Of a stretch of 64,000 nucleotides of DNA, positions 52,136 through 64,000 are shown piece by piece. Source of the stretch: Octopus sinensis (Eukaryota); the NCBI RefSeq assembly GCF_006345805.1, contig NC_042999.1, positions 141,236,001-141,300,000 of the forward strand, read 5' to 3'. The translations under genes were made by a program, and so were the position numbers. A model generated the notes under the pieces. That model was given only the letters and a program-made list of their open reading frames with translations. It had not been told where the DNA came from and searched no databases. Within the stretch, counting starts at the first letter, position 1, and every line of letters starts with the position of its first letter.

Positions 52136-52947
52136 GTTCTTTGTTAAAGAGAAAAATATTTTTACTATTTATTGTAGTACTAAGGCTGGCAGAATCATTT
52201 CCATGCTGGGAAAAATGGTTAGTGGCATTTCATCTGTTTTATGTTCTGAGAACAAATTCAACCAAGGCCAACATTGTCTTTTATTCTTTTGGGTCAATGA
52301 AATAAGTACCAGTTGAGCACTGGGTCAATGTAATCAACTTACCCCCTCTACCAAAATTACTGGCCAAAATTTTGCCAAAATTTTAAACCAATATTTATGG
52401 CAGTACTAACTGACAGTGATTACATCAACACAATACTGGAATCTTCCATTCAATTTTACTTCATATCACTTAACTATGTTTAATGATGTTTTAAATGAGT
52501 GTGTCTGTGTGTGTAGCTGGTGCATGTGTGTGTGTGTGTGTGTGCGTGTGTGTGTGTGCACTAATTTTCAATCAAAGTGTCAATCTTGCCATGAAAATTT
52601 GCTTGAAATTCAACTAAAAGAATTTTAATAATCATGAATATGATTACTTTTATTAATAATAATAATGGTAATGTTGTTGTTGTTGTTTCACTCAGTGAGA
52701 CAATATTAAAGCCAATTAATCAACTGACAGCACCTCGGAAGGTTCTCCTGCAGCTCCCATAGATTCAAGAATATTAAAATAGTAATTAATGCCTTTTGGT
52801 CTTTGGTATTTGCCTTTCAAGAAAATTACAGTTCTCAACAAGTCAGACAATTTTTATAAAAGATATTATCATCCCATCATCACCATCATCACCGACTCCA
52901 CTGTCATCACCACCACCACCACCACCACCACCACCACCATCATCAGC

Positions 52948-52978
<31 letters not shown>

Positions 52979-53557
52979 ACAACAACAACATCTTTATCAC
53001 TACCTCTACTAGTACTACTACTAATACTAGCATCATTTTGTTCTTTTCCATTTTTAATATCATCCCTGTGTTGATTAATGTTATTTAATAAACTTGAAAT
53101 TTCAAAAGAGCTAGGGAACATGATGCAATTACAAGCATAGTGATTAAAAGAGAAACCCTCAACTGGGGTTTTTTTTTGTTTTTGTTTTGGCTTTTTACGT
53201 AAGAAATTCAGTTCCGAAGGTGAAAGCTGCATTGCAGGACCCTTAAGGAATGATGATGCAAATGATTAATGTCCCAAAATGAATAAAGATAAAAACACTT
53301 ATCCATTGAATCACTCAGCCAACCAATCAGATGGCACTCAAGAGCTTTGCCTCTAGTGAATGCTACAACATGTAATCACCGGTGTTGTGTAGTCAAACTG
53401 ATTCACAGGACATTCTTTTATATATTTCACGTGCTTTGGTTAATATGTCATGATGGTTTAGAGCAGTGATTCTGAAATGATATGTGGGGAATTTTTTAAA
53501 CTTTAGAAAATCCATACTGGCACATTAATATCTTGAAAAAACGTTATTTATAATTTT

Positions 53558-53945
53558 GCGGCTGTGTGGTAAGTAGCTTGTTTACCAACCACATAGTTCC
53601 AGGTTCAGTTCCACTGTGTGGCACCTTGGGCAAGTGTCTTCTACTATAGCCTCGGGCTGACCAAAGCCTTGTGAGTGGATTTGGTAGACGGAAACTGAAA
53701 GAAGCCCGTCGTATATATGTATATATATATATATGCATGTATATGTTTGTGTGTCTGTGTTTGACCCCTAGCATTGCTTGACAACCGATGCTGGTGTGTT
53801 TGTCCCCGTTATTTAGTGGTTTGGCAAAAGAGACCAATAGAATAAGTACTGGGCTTACAAAAGAATAAGTCCCGGGGTCGAGTTGCTCGATTAAAAGCGG
53901 TGCTCCAGCATGGCCACAGTCAAATGACTGAAACAAGTAAAAAAA
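53558..53945 (+). mobile_element. Full-length tRNA-derived SINE (family O)
   Basis: Close relative of 38537-38955 in the opposite orientation; followed by a second short tail copy at 53949-54005. Confidence 0.88.
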
Positions 53946-56734
53946 AAGCTGGGGCGGTGCCCCAGCATGGCCACAGCTCGTGAGCTGAAACTAGAATCAA
54001 TCAATCATACATAGCTTACTCTCTCTTTACCCCTCTCTTACAACTATAAATCTGTTTCTTTCATCATAATTTACCCTCTCTCGTTTCACTCACACACTCT
54101 CTCTCCTCTCTTTCTCTCTTTCTCTTTCTCCTATTCTCCTTTCAATTGTAGGAGCTCTTTCAGCTCTTTAGTCTTGCAAGCTGCAAGGCAACATCACAAG
54201 TGTTGTTACCACACAAAATAAAAGGACACCTTTTATACTCTGTAAGGTGGTTGACATTAGGAAGAACATCCAACCATACAAAGTATGTCAAAACAGAGAT
54301 CCCAAAGAACGACATGGTTTTCCAATACCTTGGATCCTGTCAAACTGTCCAACCCATGCTAGCATGGAAAGCAAATGTAAAATGATGGTGAGAAGGAGAA
54401 GGAAAAAGAGGGGAGGAAAAGGAGAAGGATTAATTAAAGAATGAAAGCAATACTTTTCTATGCACTTTTCTAAATTTTTATATTTAAAGCAGTTTTTTCT
54501 GTGGGATTTTATATGTGAGAGATTATGTCATTCACTGCATGATATAATGTATAATTATGTGTGTGAACAATGACAAAAACTATCTGCAAATCTTTGTAAT
54601 GCAATAATGAGGCATGGATGTACAGTTTAGAAAAACTGGTGAACTAGTGATTGATAGTTTTGTAAATGACACCTTTGAGTAATTATTCATTAAGTCTAGG
54701 GACGAACATTAACAAAGAAAATACACTTTGCCTGTAATACTGTGAGTGAATGTAATATAACAAATAGACATAAGCAGAGACATGAAACTGGTTAATTATG
54801 TATAATGAACTTATGATATGGAGGTCCTAAACAGAAAACAGGATATTTTGATAAATTAACAAATATACTAATGTTACAAACAACCATCAGTAGAGAATTA
54901 TAACCACTGAACTAGCATTATTGATAAATCATTCACACATAGTAGAACCATTTGTTATCAAACAAAATGCTTTGTAGAATTTAGATACATCTCTTTCGAT
55001 TCTGATTCTGATTCTGAGTTCAGATCCTGTTGGTGTCAAGTTTGCCTGGGATCAATAAAACAGAGTACCAGTCATGATTTGAGGTTGATTTGACATATCT
55101 TCCTCTCTGAAAATGTGGGTCCTGTTCCTATTCTAGAAACCAGTTATACAGGGCTTTCATTGCTTCAGAAGATTAAATTGTAAACATGTGTATGGGATGA
55201 AATATATTTTACTCACTAACAATAGCTACAGGAGACAAAACCATTTCAGAATAAACTGTGTGGCAGCACTTTGGGTAGAATATGAACTTCAGCTAAGGAA
55301 TCAACCTCCTCCTGATTATCTCATCTGCAACAGACACATATTATAATGGAGATTTCTTTTTTTTTTAAACAAATAGAAGATTGATATTTCATGCTAACTT
55401 AAAAAATTAGGATCTCAAAACAGTGTAAAATGAACATCCCTGATATTTAAAATCAATAGATTTTGTTGAAAACAAAACATGCTTTGAAAAGATGTTTTAA
55501 AATATTATGAAAATTTTGTTTTTAATATTTTTTTTCTATTTCGATAATTTGATAATTTTAAATAAGTTTCATTTAATTATTTTACATGCTTTTTATTGTT
55601 CTTTTACATTTCCTTTTCATTTATATTGCTTTGTTTTGTTTTTTCCCATTGTGAGTGGCAACAATGGTAGAATACTAGACTGAATACATCTCCGAAACCT
55701 CAGTACTTACATCTAACCCTCTGTGTTCTGGGATAAAATTCTGCTGAGGTTCACCTTGCCTTCCAGTCTTCTTGAGTTGATAAATAAATACCACCAGCCA
55801 CATGCTGAAATTGCCCTCACCCTTCCAAAAGTTGGACTCCTGCCTATGAATGAAATCATTTTTAACTCAATTCTTTTATCCATTTGTTTGTTTTATCCAT
55901 CATGTTCTCATTTCCTTATTAATTAAATTTATTTTATCATCCAACCCATGCCAGCATGAAACATGGACATTAAATGATTTTTACATAATTTTTCTTACAT
56001 TTTTGTAGGGGTAGGGACAGTTTTCTATGCTTTCTTCATTAGCCATCTAATTCATGTTTTGTATGTACATGTATGTGTATATATGTGTGTGTGTGTGTGT
56101 GTGTGTATATACGTACGCATGTATGTATATATTTATATATGTATGTATGTATATACATACATGCATACATACATACACATACACAGATACATGCACAGAT
56201 ATAGGTATGCATAACAGGCTTTCATATAGTCTCCTTTTACCAATTCCACTTACAATAAGTTAGCTGATCTGGAGTGAAAGTAAAAAACACTTGCCCTAGA
56301 CACCAAACAGTGGGACTCATCCTGAAACCATATGGTTGCAAAGTAGCTTCTTAACTCCTATTTACTTATTTATGTTTTTGCATTTCTATGAAACTCAGCT
56401 TAGACCATTTTTTTTTTTTAATTGCTTGAAAGTAACTTTCCCAGACCAACTGAAGATTATCAACTTATTTTTAACCCTTTGTTACTCTCTTTGTTACTTT
56501 AATCTTTGAAAAATTGTTTATCTTTTTACTTGTTTCAGTAAGTAGACTACAGCCATGATGGGGCATACCTTTAAGGTTTTTCTTTCAATCAATAAGATTA
56601 ACCCCAATATGTACAGTACTTATTTTATTTGTCTCTTTTGAGAACCATTAAGTTAAAGGGGTGTAAACAAACCAACACTGGTTGTCAAACAGGTGGTGAG
56701 ATGATGGCAAACAAACACACACACACACACACAC

Positions 56735-56802
<68 letters not shown>

Positions 56803-56854
56803 GTTTTTGATAAACAGTATCAATTTTTATAATTCTGTAAATGATGATAATATT

Positions 56855-57037
56855 TTATAAGCTTGAAACTTATAAGTGATTGCTCTGTAATCTGTAATGA
56901 CTAGAGAAAATAGTCTAATATTGGGGCATATAGGCCCTGGAAACCCTACTTTTTTCAATCAGGGCTTATATGCCCCAATATCAGACTATTTTCTCTTGTC
57001 ATTACACATTGATCACTTGTAAGCTTTAAGCTTATAA
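56855..57037. repeat. Foldback element (~80-bp arms, ~20-bp spacer)
   Basis: ttataagctt...agagaaaatagtctaatattggggcatataggccctg / cagggcttatatgccccaatatcagactattttctct...aagcttataa. Confidence 0.9.
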
Positions 57038-57788
57038 TACACGCACACACACACACACACACATGTGATGGGCTTTCACACAGTTTCTGTCAACTTTATT
57101 CATTCACCTGTTATTGGTCAGCCTGAGGCAATAATAGAAGATACTTACTGAAGGTGCTACACTATGGTATTGAACCTGAAACCATGTAGTTGCAAAACAA
57201 GCTTCTCAACCACCCAAAGATGCCTGAAGTACTGAATTTCAGTAAAGTAACTTTGTCGTTATTAAGGTGGTATGTGGACCATAAATTTACATGAAATTTT
57301 AATGAAATGTTTTAACTTAGATTACCTTGAAGAAAGAAATTCACATCACAGAACCAAGGATTGTCTCAGAGTTCATGTAACTATATTCATTTTATGTATG
57401 AATGAAACATAGACTAGGCTGGATACAGCTGTTAGTATACACACACACACAAGCGCTTGCATTTAATAATATTTGATGGCATCCTAAGTATTGATGATGT
57501 ACATCAAAATATATGTTAGTTTAAATTGTGATAGAAAAACAAGACCTCATGCAGAATATCACTTACCTCTGTCCTGGAGAATTCAGATCTATCTCAAGCT
57601 AAATCAAGATTATATATATACATGTGTGCATGTGTGTGTGTGTGTCTGTGTGTGTGTGAGAGAGAGAGTTTGTCCCTGGGTAAATTGTTAGTTAACAGAG
57701 CATGTCTGGTCTGTTTAGACATGCCCCATCCAATAAACCTGAAGTCAATTTATGAAGTTTATTGTATTTCCCTACAGATTTATAAAAT

Positions 57789-57837
<49 letters not shown>

Positions 57838-57966
57838 CAATATTATCATAACATTAATTACTTTTACTACTTCTATTATTAAAAGTAATGTTAAAAACAA
57901 TAGTCATAACATTGAAGATGACTTGTTATAGATTCACTACAAAACACCACAAATTACAAAATTATT

Positions 57967-58015
<49 letters not shown>

Positions 58016-58584
58016 GGAGGCCTCAACCATTTTCTAATCTTTTTTATTATACTTGGTTAATGTCTATCTTTCTCTCTCCCTTTCTCTCTCTCTCTCTTTC
58101 TTGTGTGCACACACACACACACACACAAATGCAGACATAATTACATGCATACATACATACATACATACATACATACATACATACATACATACATACATAC
58201 ATACATACAAACAAACAAACAAACAAACAAACACACATAAACATATACAAACACCAATAAATGGTGTACAAAAGATTTTATGCTTTGCTGTTTGATTTGA
58301 TATTTCTTCAAAGGAAACCTTTTAGAGTTTAAAATGAAAAGAAGTTATTTGTAACAGTCATCTCTTTAACACTTCATGGAATAAATAGCTTAAGTTGGAT
58401 TAGACAAAGAGAAAAACAACAACAATAGATATATTGCTTTCTTTTATTCATATTTGAGGTATTACAGTCTTCACAGTCTATGGTGCGTAGCACAGATGGC
58501 CAGAATCCATAATACATCAGACTACAAACCAAAGAGTCAATAGGTTATATGCTATCACCAACACTACTCAGTAAACAGAGCAAT

Positions 58585-58830
<246 letters not shown>

Positions 58831-59569
58831 CATTTAATTTAGTCAACTAGAAACGAAACTTGATGAAAAGGAATTTCAGCAAGTGCAGGCATCTTTGAGC
58901 ATGTTGAATCATTATGGTTCAATGTGGTTTAAATAAATAAATAAATTAATTAATAAATTGATAAATAAGTAATCTATGTATGTATACATGTATATGTATG
59001 TAGATGAATAAAAAGATAGATAGATAGATAATAAACTATAAGTCAGAAAAAAAAAGTAAGAGGATTTCAAACCCATCCTCAAATAGAGACGTTTTCGATG
59101 CAGTTGCCCCTTGTTACAACAAGATTCTTGCATCCGGCAGGTTTAAGGACTTGTAGCAGGCTGAATGAAAGGTATAATATCAAGCCGATGTAATGTAGCC
59201 CATTACTAAATTTAGTGTGTAGATGTAACGCTTCAAGATTCTTGCATTGGAGTACTAGCAAACATTGAAGAATCAACATGTTTATTCGTTTGCCCGACAG
59301 GTAGTTAAAGAGACAGTAGCAATTCTAGTGATAGTGACAACAAGGATGGCTTGCTGGTTAGTAGTTGATAGTGTAGAAGTTGCTGTAAGTAGAGAGTGAA
59401 GGAGCAAAGAGTGTATGGTGCTGACTAGAAAGGAAGAAAGGATAGAGGTGGCATTGTCTTTCTTGTGGCCGAGGTAAGTGCTGCTCTTGGTCATGGCTGA
59501 CGCAAAAGAGCGTGTTGCTCCTTGGTCTAACTGATACAAAAAGGAAGAGATAGGAAATTTATCTCTGTT

Positions 59570-60840
59570 ATATAGACTGGTCAGTAATGTAGATCAAACC
59601 CAAAACAAAGGACTGGCCTTTTCTTGACCAGCACAGGTCCTAGGAAGTCGAGTGTTTCCTCATCAATCATCTAGTGTGGAGAAGCTTACTCAAGAAATGA
59701 AGAGGCATGCTGTTATTGTGGTTATAAAGGCTGAGCATAGCGATTTAGAAATATCTTGAGTTTTAAAAGTTGCCAGATCTTTCGTCTACAAAGTTTGCAA
59801 GGAACTAGAGACTGAAGATGGAAATGTATCACCAGTATCAAAGCATAAAAAGTATTCTAAATGCTCTGAAATCATCAGAACACCTGAATTTATCCAGCAA
59901 GTTCAACAGACCATTGATTAACTCCCTGAAAGTCCATGAGGTCAATTGCAAAAGATTTCTATGTTTCAGAAGGACAGTTAGAAATGTTATCCATGAAGAC
60001 ATCAGATATAAGTCTTATATGATGTGGAAAGGTCAATTTGTCAGAAAAAAAGCAAAATAAAATCGTTACATCAGACCTAAAAGGTTCTTAAACAAACTGA
60101 AAAATCCATCAGAAGAAGATTTGATTTGGTTTTCTCAAATGAGAAAAACTTCGACCAAGATCAAAAAGTTAAGAGAAGAAATGATAGATGGTTATGTGCA
60201 GACCCTTCTGAAGTTCCAAGTGTTATGCATACAAAATTTCCTGCAACTGTCATGGTTTTAGGGGTTATCAGCAATGATGGACATGTGATGCCACCTTACT
60301 TCTTTCCACAAGGCCTTAGAGTTAACTCTGCCACCTACACTGAGGTCCTGGAAATAATTATTAAGCTCTGGATAGACAGCGTAAGCAATTGAAGGCCATT
60401 TGTGTTTCAATAAGACTCTGCACTATTACACATGGCTCTAGCAACACAGGAATGGATGGCTGAAAATTTTCATGATCACATAACCCCTAACATTTAGCCT
60501 CCTAATTCCTCAGATCTCAATCCATTGGACTATTACATGTGGAGCATTGTTGAGAGAGAGGTTAATGAACATGCCCATAACACCAACAATTCTTTGAAAG
60601 CTGCCATAGTCAGAGTAATGTCCAAAACGAACCAGGATCACTTGATTTGAGTATGTAGATGATTCAGATCTCATATAGAAGCAGTTGTTGAAGCTGAAGG
60701 TGGCTTTATTGAATAATATCATAGAAAACAAGGTTTATTTTTATCCTCATGGCATTTTTTGATAAATAAAGTTATTATCTGTTATATATCTGTTTTTTTA
60801 TAAACATGAATCTGTCTTCAAATATCTTACGCACTCTGTA
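59570..60840 (+). mobile_element. Tc1/mariner maT-type (DD37D) transposon, transposase pseudogene ~59676-60716
   Basis: FSNEKNF...VMVLGVIS..G...FQ*DSA..H...PPNSSDLNPLDY...EAEGGFIE*; 37 residues between second and third Asp; right end ...gcactctg|TA; left TIR not found. Confidence 0.9.
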
Positions 60841-60961
60841 TATGTATACATGCAAAATGAAAGACCGTAAAAGGTGGAAGCTTTCAAATGATATTTATGC
60901 ATAAAAATTCATTATCTGAAAGTTTCCCCCTTTTGCTCTCTCTCATTTGCATGTATACATA
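60841..60961. repeat. ~120-bp imperfect palindrome
   Basis: tatgtatacatgcaaa.tga...aaaagg.ggaagctttca / tgaaagtttccccctttt...tcatttgcatgtatacata. Confidence 0.85.
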
Positions 60962-60978
60962 TTTTGTATTTGATGTAT

Positions 60979-61930
60979 TTAATAAGGGTTAAACACCTCA
61001 CTCCTGCTTTTCAGGTATACATCCAAGCATTGAGTACCTTTTAAAATTGCCCTCTTCTCAGCTAGGCATAATCTGCACTTCCTGTTGCTATTGAAGTACA
61101 GTTTGCATCTTTCTAGGATGCTATACTCCATGATACTTTCTTTCAAAGTCCATCTCTCTGGAACATTGAATAAGGACTTGTGATTATTAAAATGGGCTTT
61201 CAAGGAGCCTTCCATTGCCCCTACATACTTCCACATGCTCGGTTGTCCATAGGGTCCAGTTACTGTTACTTCTGCTTAATAAACAACTGTTTCTTATTGC
61301 AGTGGCTGTTTAGTGGACAATTTGTGTTAACCCTGAATGAGCATCCTGCCTCAGCCTCAGGTCTGGGTCTACCTACTAAAATCTCTTTTTACACTAGCTG
61401 TACAGCTATAGGATAATCTCAGGGTATGTTTATTAAATATTTTGTTGAATCTATTGTTGCAAGGGAAGTATCTATCAACTAAACTAAGGAAGGTATTACC
61501 TACTCTGCTTTAATGTTTAAAAAGAATGGCATTGTGAACCACAGTACTTTCTGGTGGTGCTTTAATTTGGAAGGGTGGGGCTAGGTTCTGGCATGTAACT
61601 AATATTTTCCTTGAAACTGCTGGCAGCCAGAGCCCAGTTGTAGTACAGGGTGGCAGCATCAAAGGTCTCTTTGCTTGAAGACAAGCTGGAGATTCTCCTG
61701 CTGATGCCTTTAACCAGGTTCCTGAATGCTATGGCTGGATGTCAGGAACCTATGTTAAGGCAAGACTTTTCATTTGGTTTCCTAAAGGACCTATAGGCAC
61801 CTGATTCCAGGTCTAGGGCCACATAAAGGAAATCTACCATTTTCGGGTCGGTCTCTATAGTGACCTTCAGTCCAAGGGAGTTCATGGTACTTGTGAGGCC
61901 CTTTCTGAGCCTAACGAACTCTGGGTACAT
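60979..61930 (-). mobile_element. Penelope-like element 3' part (RT C-terminus + GIY-YIG endonuclease)
   Basis: LGLKVTIE...VDFLYVALDL..G.YRSFRKPN; CNCNKK..; YVGAMEG.LK..FNNH; CRLCLAEK..IL...RSE. Confidence 0.88.
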
Positions 61931-61984
61931 AGTAAAACAAGATATTAAGTCATTGTAGATATATTCAATATAGAGAAACACTAC

Positions 61985-62196
61985 ATGTGTTTGACCAAAT
62001 AACTACGAAACTATTATTAACGCTGATGCCACGGAAAAAGTCTGCTACTGTTAAATAATGGTTATATTGAAAACGGCGAATCGCTCTAGAAAAAAACGAT
62101 AATTGTGAACTGATATCAAATACAACAGACGTATCAGCCAATCAGATATATAAATTCATACCATTTGCTATAATAAAATTTCCATGGATCAGTATT
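61985..62196 (+). promoter_or_regulatory. Putative EDEM1 core promoter
   Basis: Local rise in CpG relative to the CpG-depleted window; AGCCAATC (CCAAT 62138-62142), TATATAAA 62147-62154, GCCACG core at 62028-62033. Confidence 0.5.
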
Positions 62197-62456
62197 ATGT
62201 TTGGAAAACTATTAATGATTATTCTCTTGCTTTGCTTATGTATTCTGATGAAAGGTCGCTTGTGCCTCTTCCAGAAGGACTGGGGTCGCCACGATGTCAA
62301 GTACGGCCATTTCTCCGAGAAGGAGCGTCTAAACATGCTTCAAAAGGTCCGGGAGATGTTCAACTTCGGTTATGACAACTACATGAAATATGCATTTCCT
62401 AAAGACGAACTAAATCCTCAGAGCTGTCATGGTCGTGGCCCTGATTATGACAACCC
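62197..62456 (+). CDS. EDEM1: EDEM1-like (ER degradation-enhancing alpha-mannosidase-like, GH47) first coding exon
   Basis: MFGKLLMIILLLCLCIL hydrophobic signal/anchor, then REMFNFGYDNYMKYAFPKDELNPQSCHGRGPDYDNP; 'FGYDNYM..AFP.DELNP..C.GRGPD' is typical of EDEM1; ends CC|gtaagt (phase 2); later exons are beyond the window. Confidence 0.93.
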
Positions 62457-64000
62457 GTAAGTTTACACCGCTCTGGTTTTTATCGTCTACATTATTTGCT
62501 GCCTTCCTCCACATTTTCATTATTTAAAGTAATCTTACTTGTGACCTAAGCAGGGGATTTATATTTCGATTTTTATTCAATAATACGTTGTTGCTGTTTA
62601 TTTGATCACCTTTTAAATTACGAAAACGTTTTGGTTTAATTTAACATCCTAAGAAGCGATCCTTTTCAGCCTTTTTCAAAATTATTGGTTACGTACAAGA
62701 AGCTCTAATTAATGTTGATCTTTAATGGTTCGACAATATGTATGTCGATACTAGAGTTGTGATTTGTATGGCTGTAATTTTTAGCTGGTCAAGTGACCAC
62801 ATTGATAGCTCCCTTGTTAACTCGACGATGTTTAAGTTCTTTAACCCCAGATCGAGCAGCCATATAATAAAAGACAATCCAACTTTGACCATCCCATTTG
62901 TTTGTGTATCAAAGGATACATTGTCCAATGTATACTAAGATGGAGGAATGTGATTTGAGGGTGATTTGTTCGCTATTTCGAACAGGTCGACGGACCGCAT
63001 TGAGACATCCCCGTTGGCTCGTTAAGTAAGCAATCGTTCGCTAACAGTGTTTAGGTTGTTGTTTAGTGCCAGGTCTGCTCTCTTTAAGTTTGTTGAAAGA
63101 GAGCAAACTTATTGTCAAAAACTCTCTATTAATGACCAACTCATCCCAGTGTATATTACCCAGTGTACCAACCTGAAAAATAGGAGAGGGTGTGATATTA
63201 GGGAACTTGGCTGTTATTTCTAAAAGCCAAGAGACCACATGAAAACACTTTGAAAGGCGATTAATTTTACTATAGAAAGGGTCGACCCCACTCCTTTTGG
63301 GGGATAGTAGATTCAAGGCTACATGTCCCTTTTGAATATGAAAAATAAGTGGAATTAATAGTTAATTTTTACATAGAAAAACCGATGAAAGAAGAATGAT
63401 GTTTTACCGAAAGACAAATGTCTGGTAGGGTCTGAAATCGTGAGCTACGTGTCACGTTCGATCATATTGTGTTGATAGCCGATGGTGCTGTCTTTGATTA
63501 AATAGGTACAAAATATGGGAGAATGGAATGTGATGTTTATAACTTTCAAAAGTGTCCTCTCGGAGCTTCTTTCTGCTCTATGGCATTTTGTAACTGCTAA
63601 TATTTTCATTACATAATCGAATATCATGTCATTTGGGTGATTTAATTTAAGCTTCTGTACTGTTAAACTGTCCCTCTATTGCTGGTAACTTTTCCAGAAT
63701 CAGTATTACTTTCTAACAGCCAAATAAAGGAATCACATGAAACGAGGTGTTTCTTCACTAAACATTTTGTGAATATTGTTAAGCTGCTCATAATCTGGTT
63801 ACCTGATATGTTTTTGGTACTAAATCTTCTTCGAATCAAATCCTGTTTAATATTCAATAAAGGGATCATACATTTCTAGCCTTAATTCTTTAGTACACCA
63901 TACTAAGTTTGGACATTATCATTTAAAGAGATATTGTTATAAGAAAACTGTTGATCTTAGCTTAACAATTCTTCACTTCTCTGGGATACATAAACTACCA

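Noticed and set aside
59065-59146. Minus-strand hammerhead-like arrangement (gatgca/tgcatc stem then GAAA)
   Set aside because: Core reads CTGCCG and there is no valid UH cleavage site

Overview
AT-rich, microsatellite- and transposon-dense eukaryotic DNA. The SINE/LINE repertoire looks like an octopod cephalopod (inference). Two real protein-coding genes are supported, both on +. (1) The last eight coding exons of a DCP1 mRNA-decapping cofactor gene (9792-40028): all introns are GT-AG, phases join into one frame, and the EVH1 end, a helical Leu motif and the C-terminal trimerization domain are recognisable; the 5' exons lie before the window. (2) The first coding exon and promoter of an EDEM1-type GH47 mannosidase-like gene (62197-62456). 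Almost all other ORFs in the track are microsatellite or transposon artefacts. The rest is nested TE debris: RTE, R4/Dong-like, CR1-like and Penelope retroelements; mariner, maT (DD37D) and hAT transposons; piggyBac-type and hAT MITEs; tRNA-derived SINEs. The best leads are: a type I hammerhead ribozyme motif in the loop of a foldback inside a DCP1 intron; a complete non-autonomous Helitron splitting a MITE; a regenerated (recursive) 5' splice site on a DCP1 exon that could feed NMD; and a decayed ~1.4 kb intronless ORF that may be an endogenous viral element. No novel multi-gene system can be demonstrated from sequence alone.
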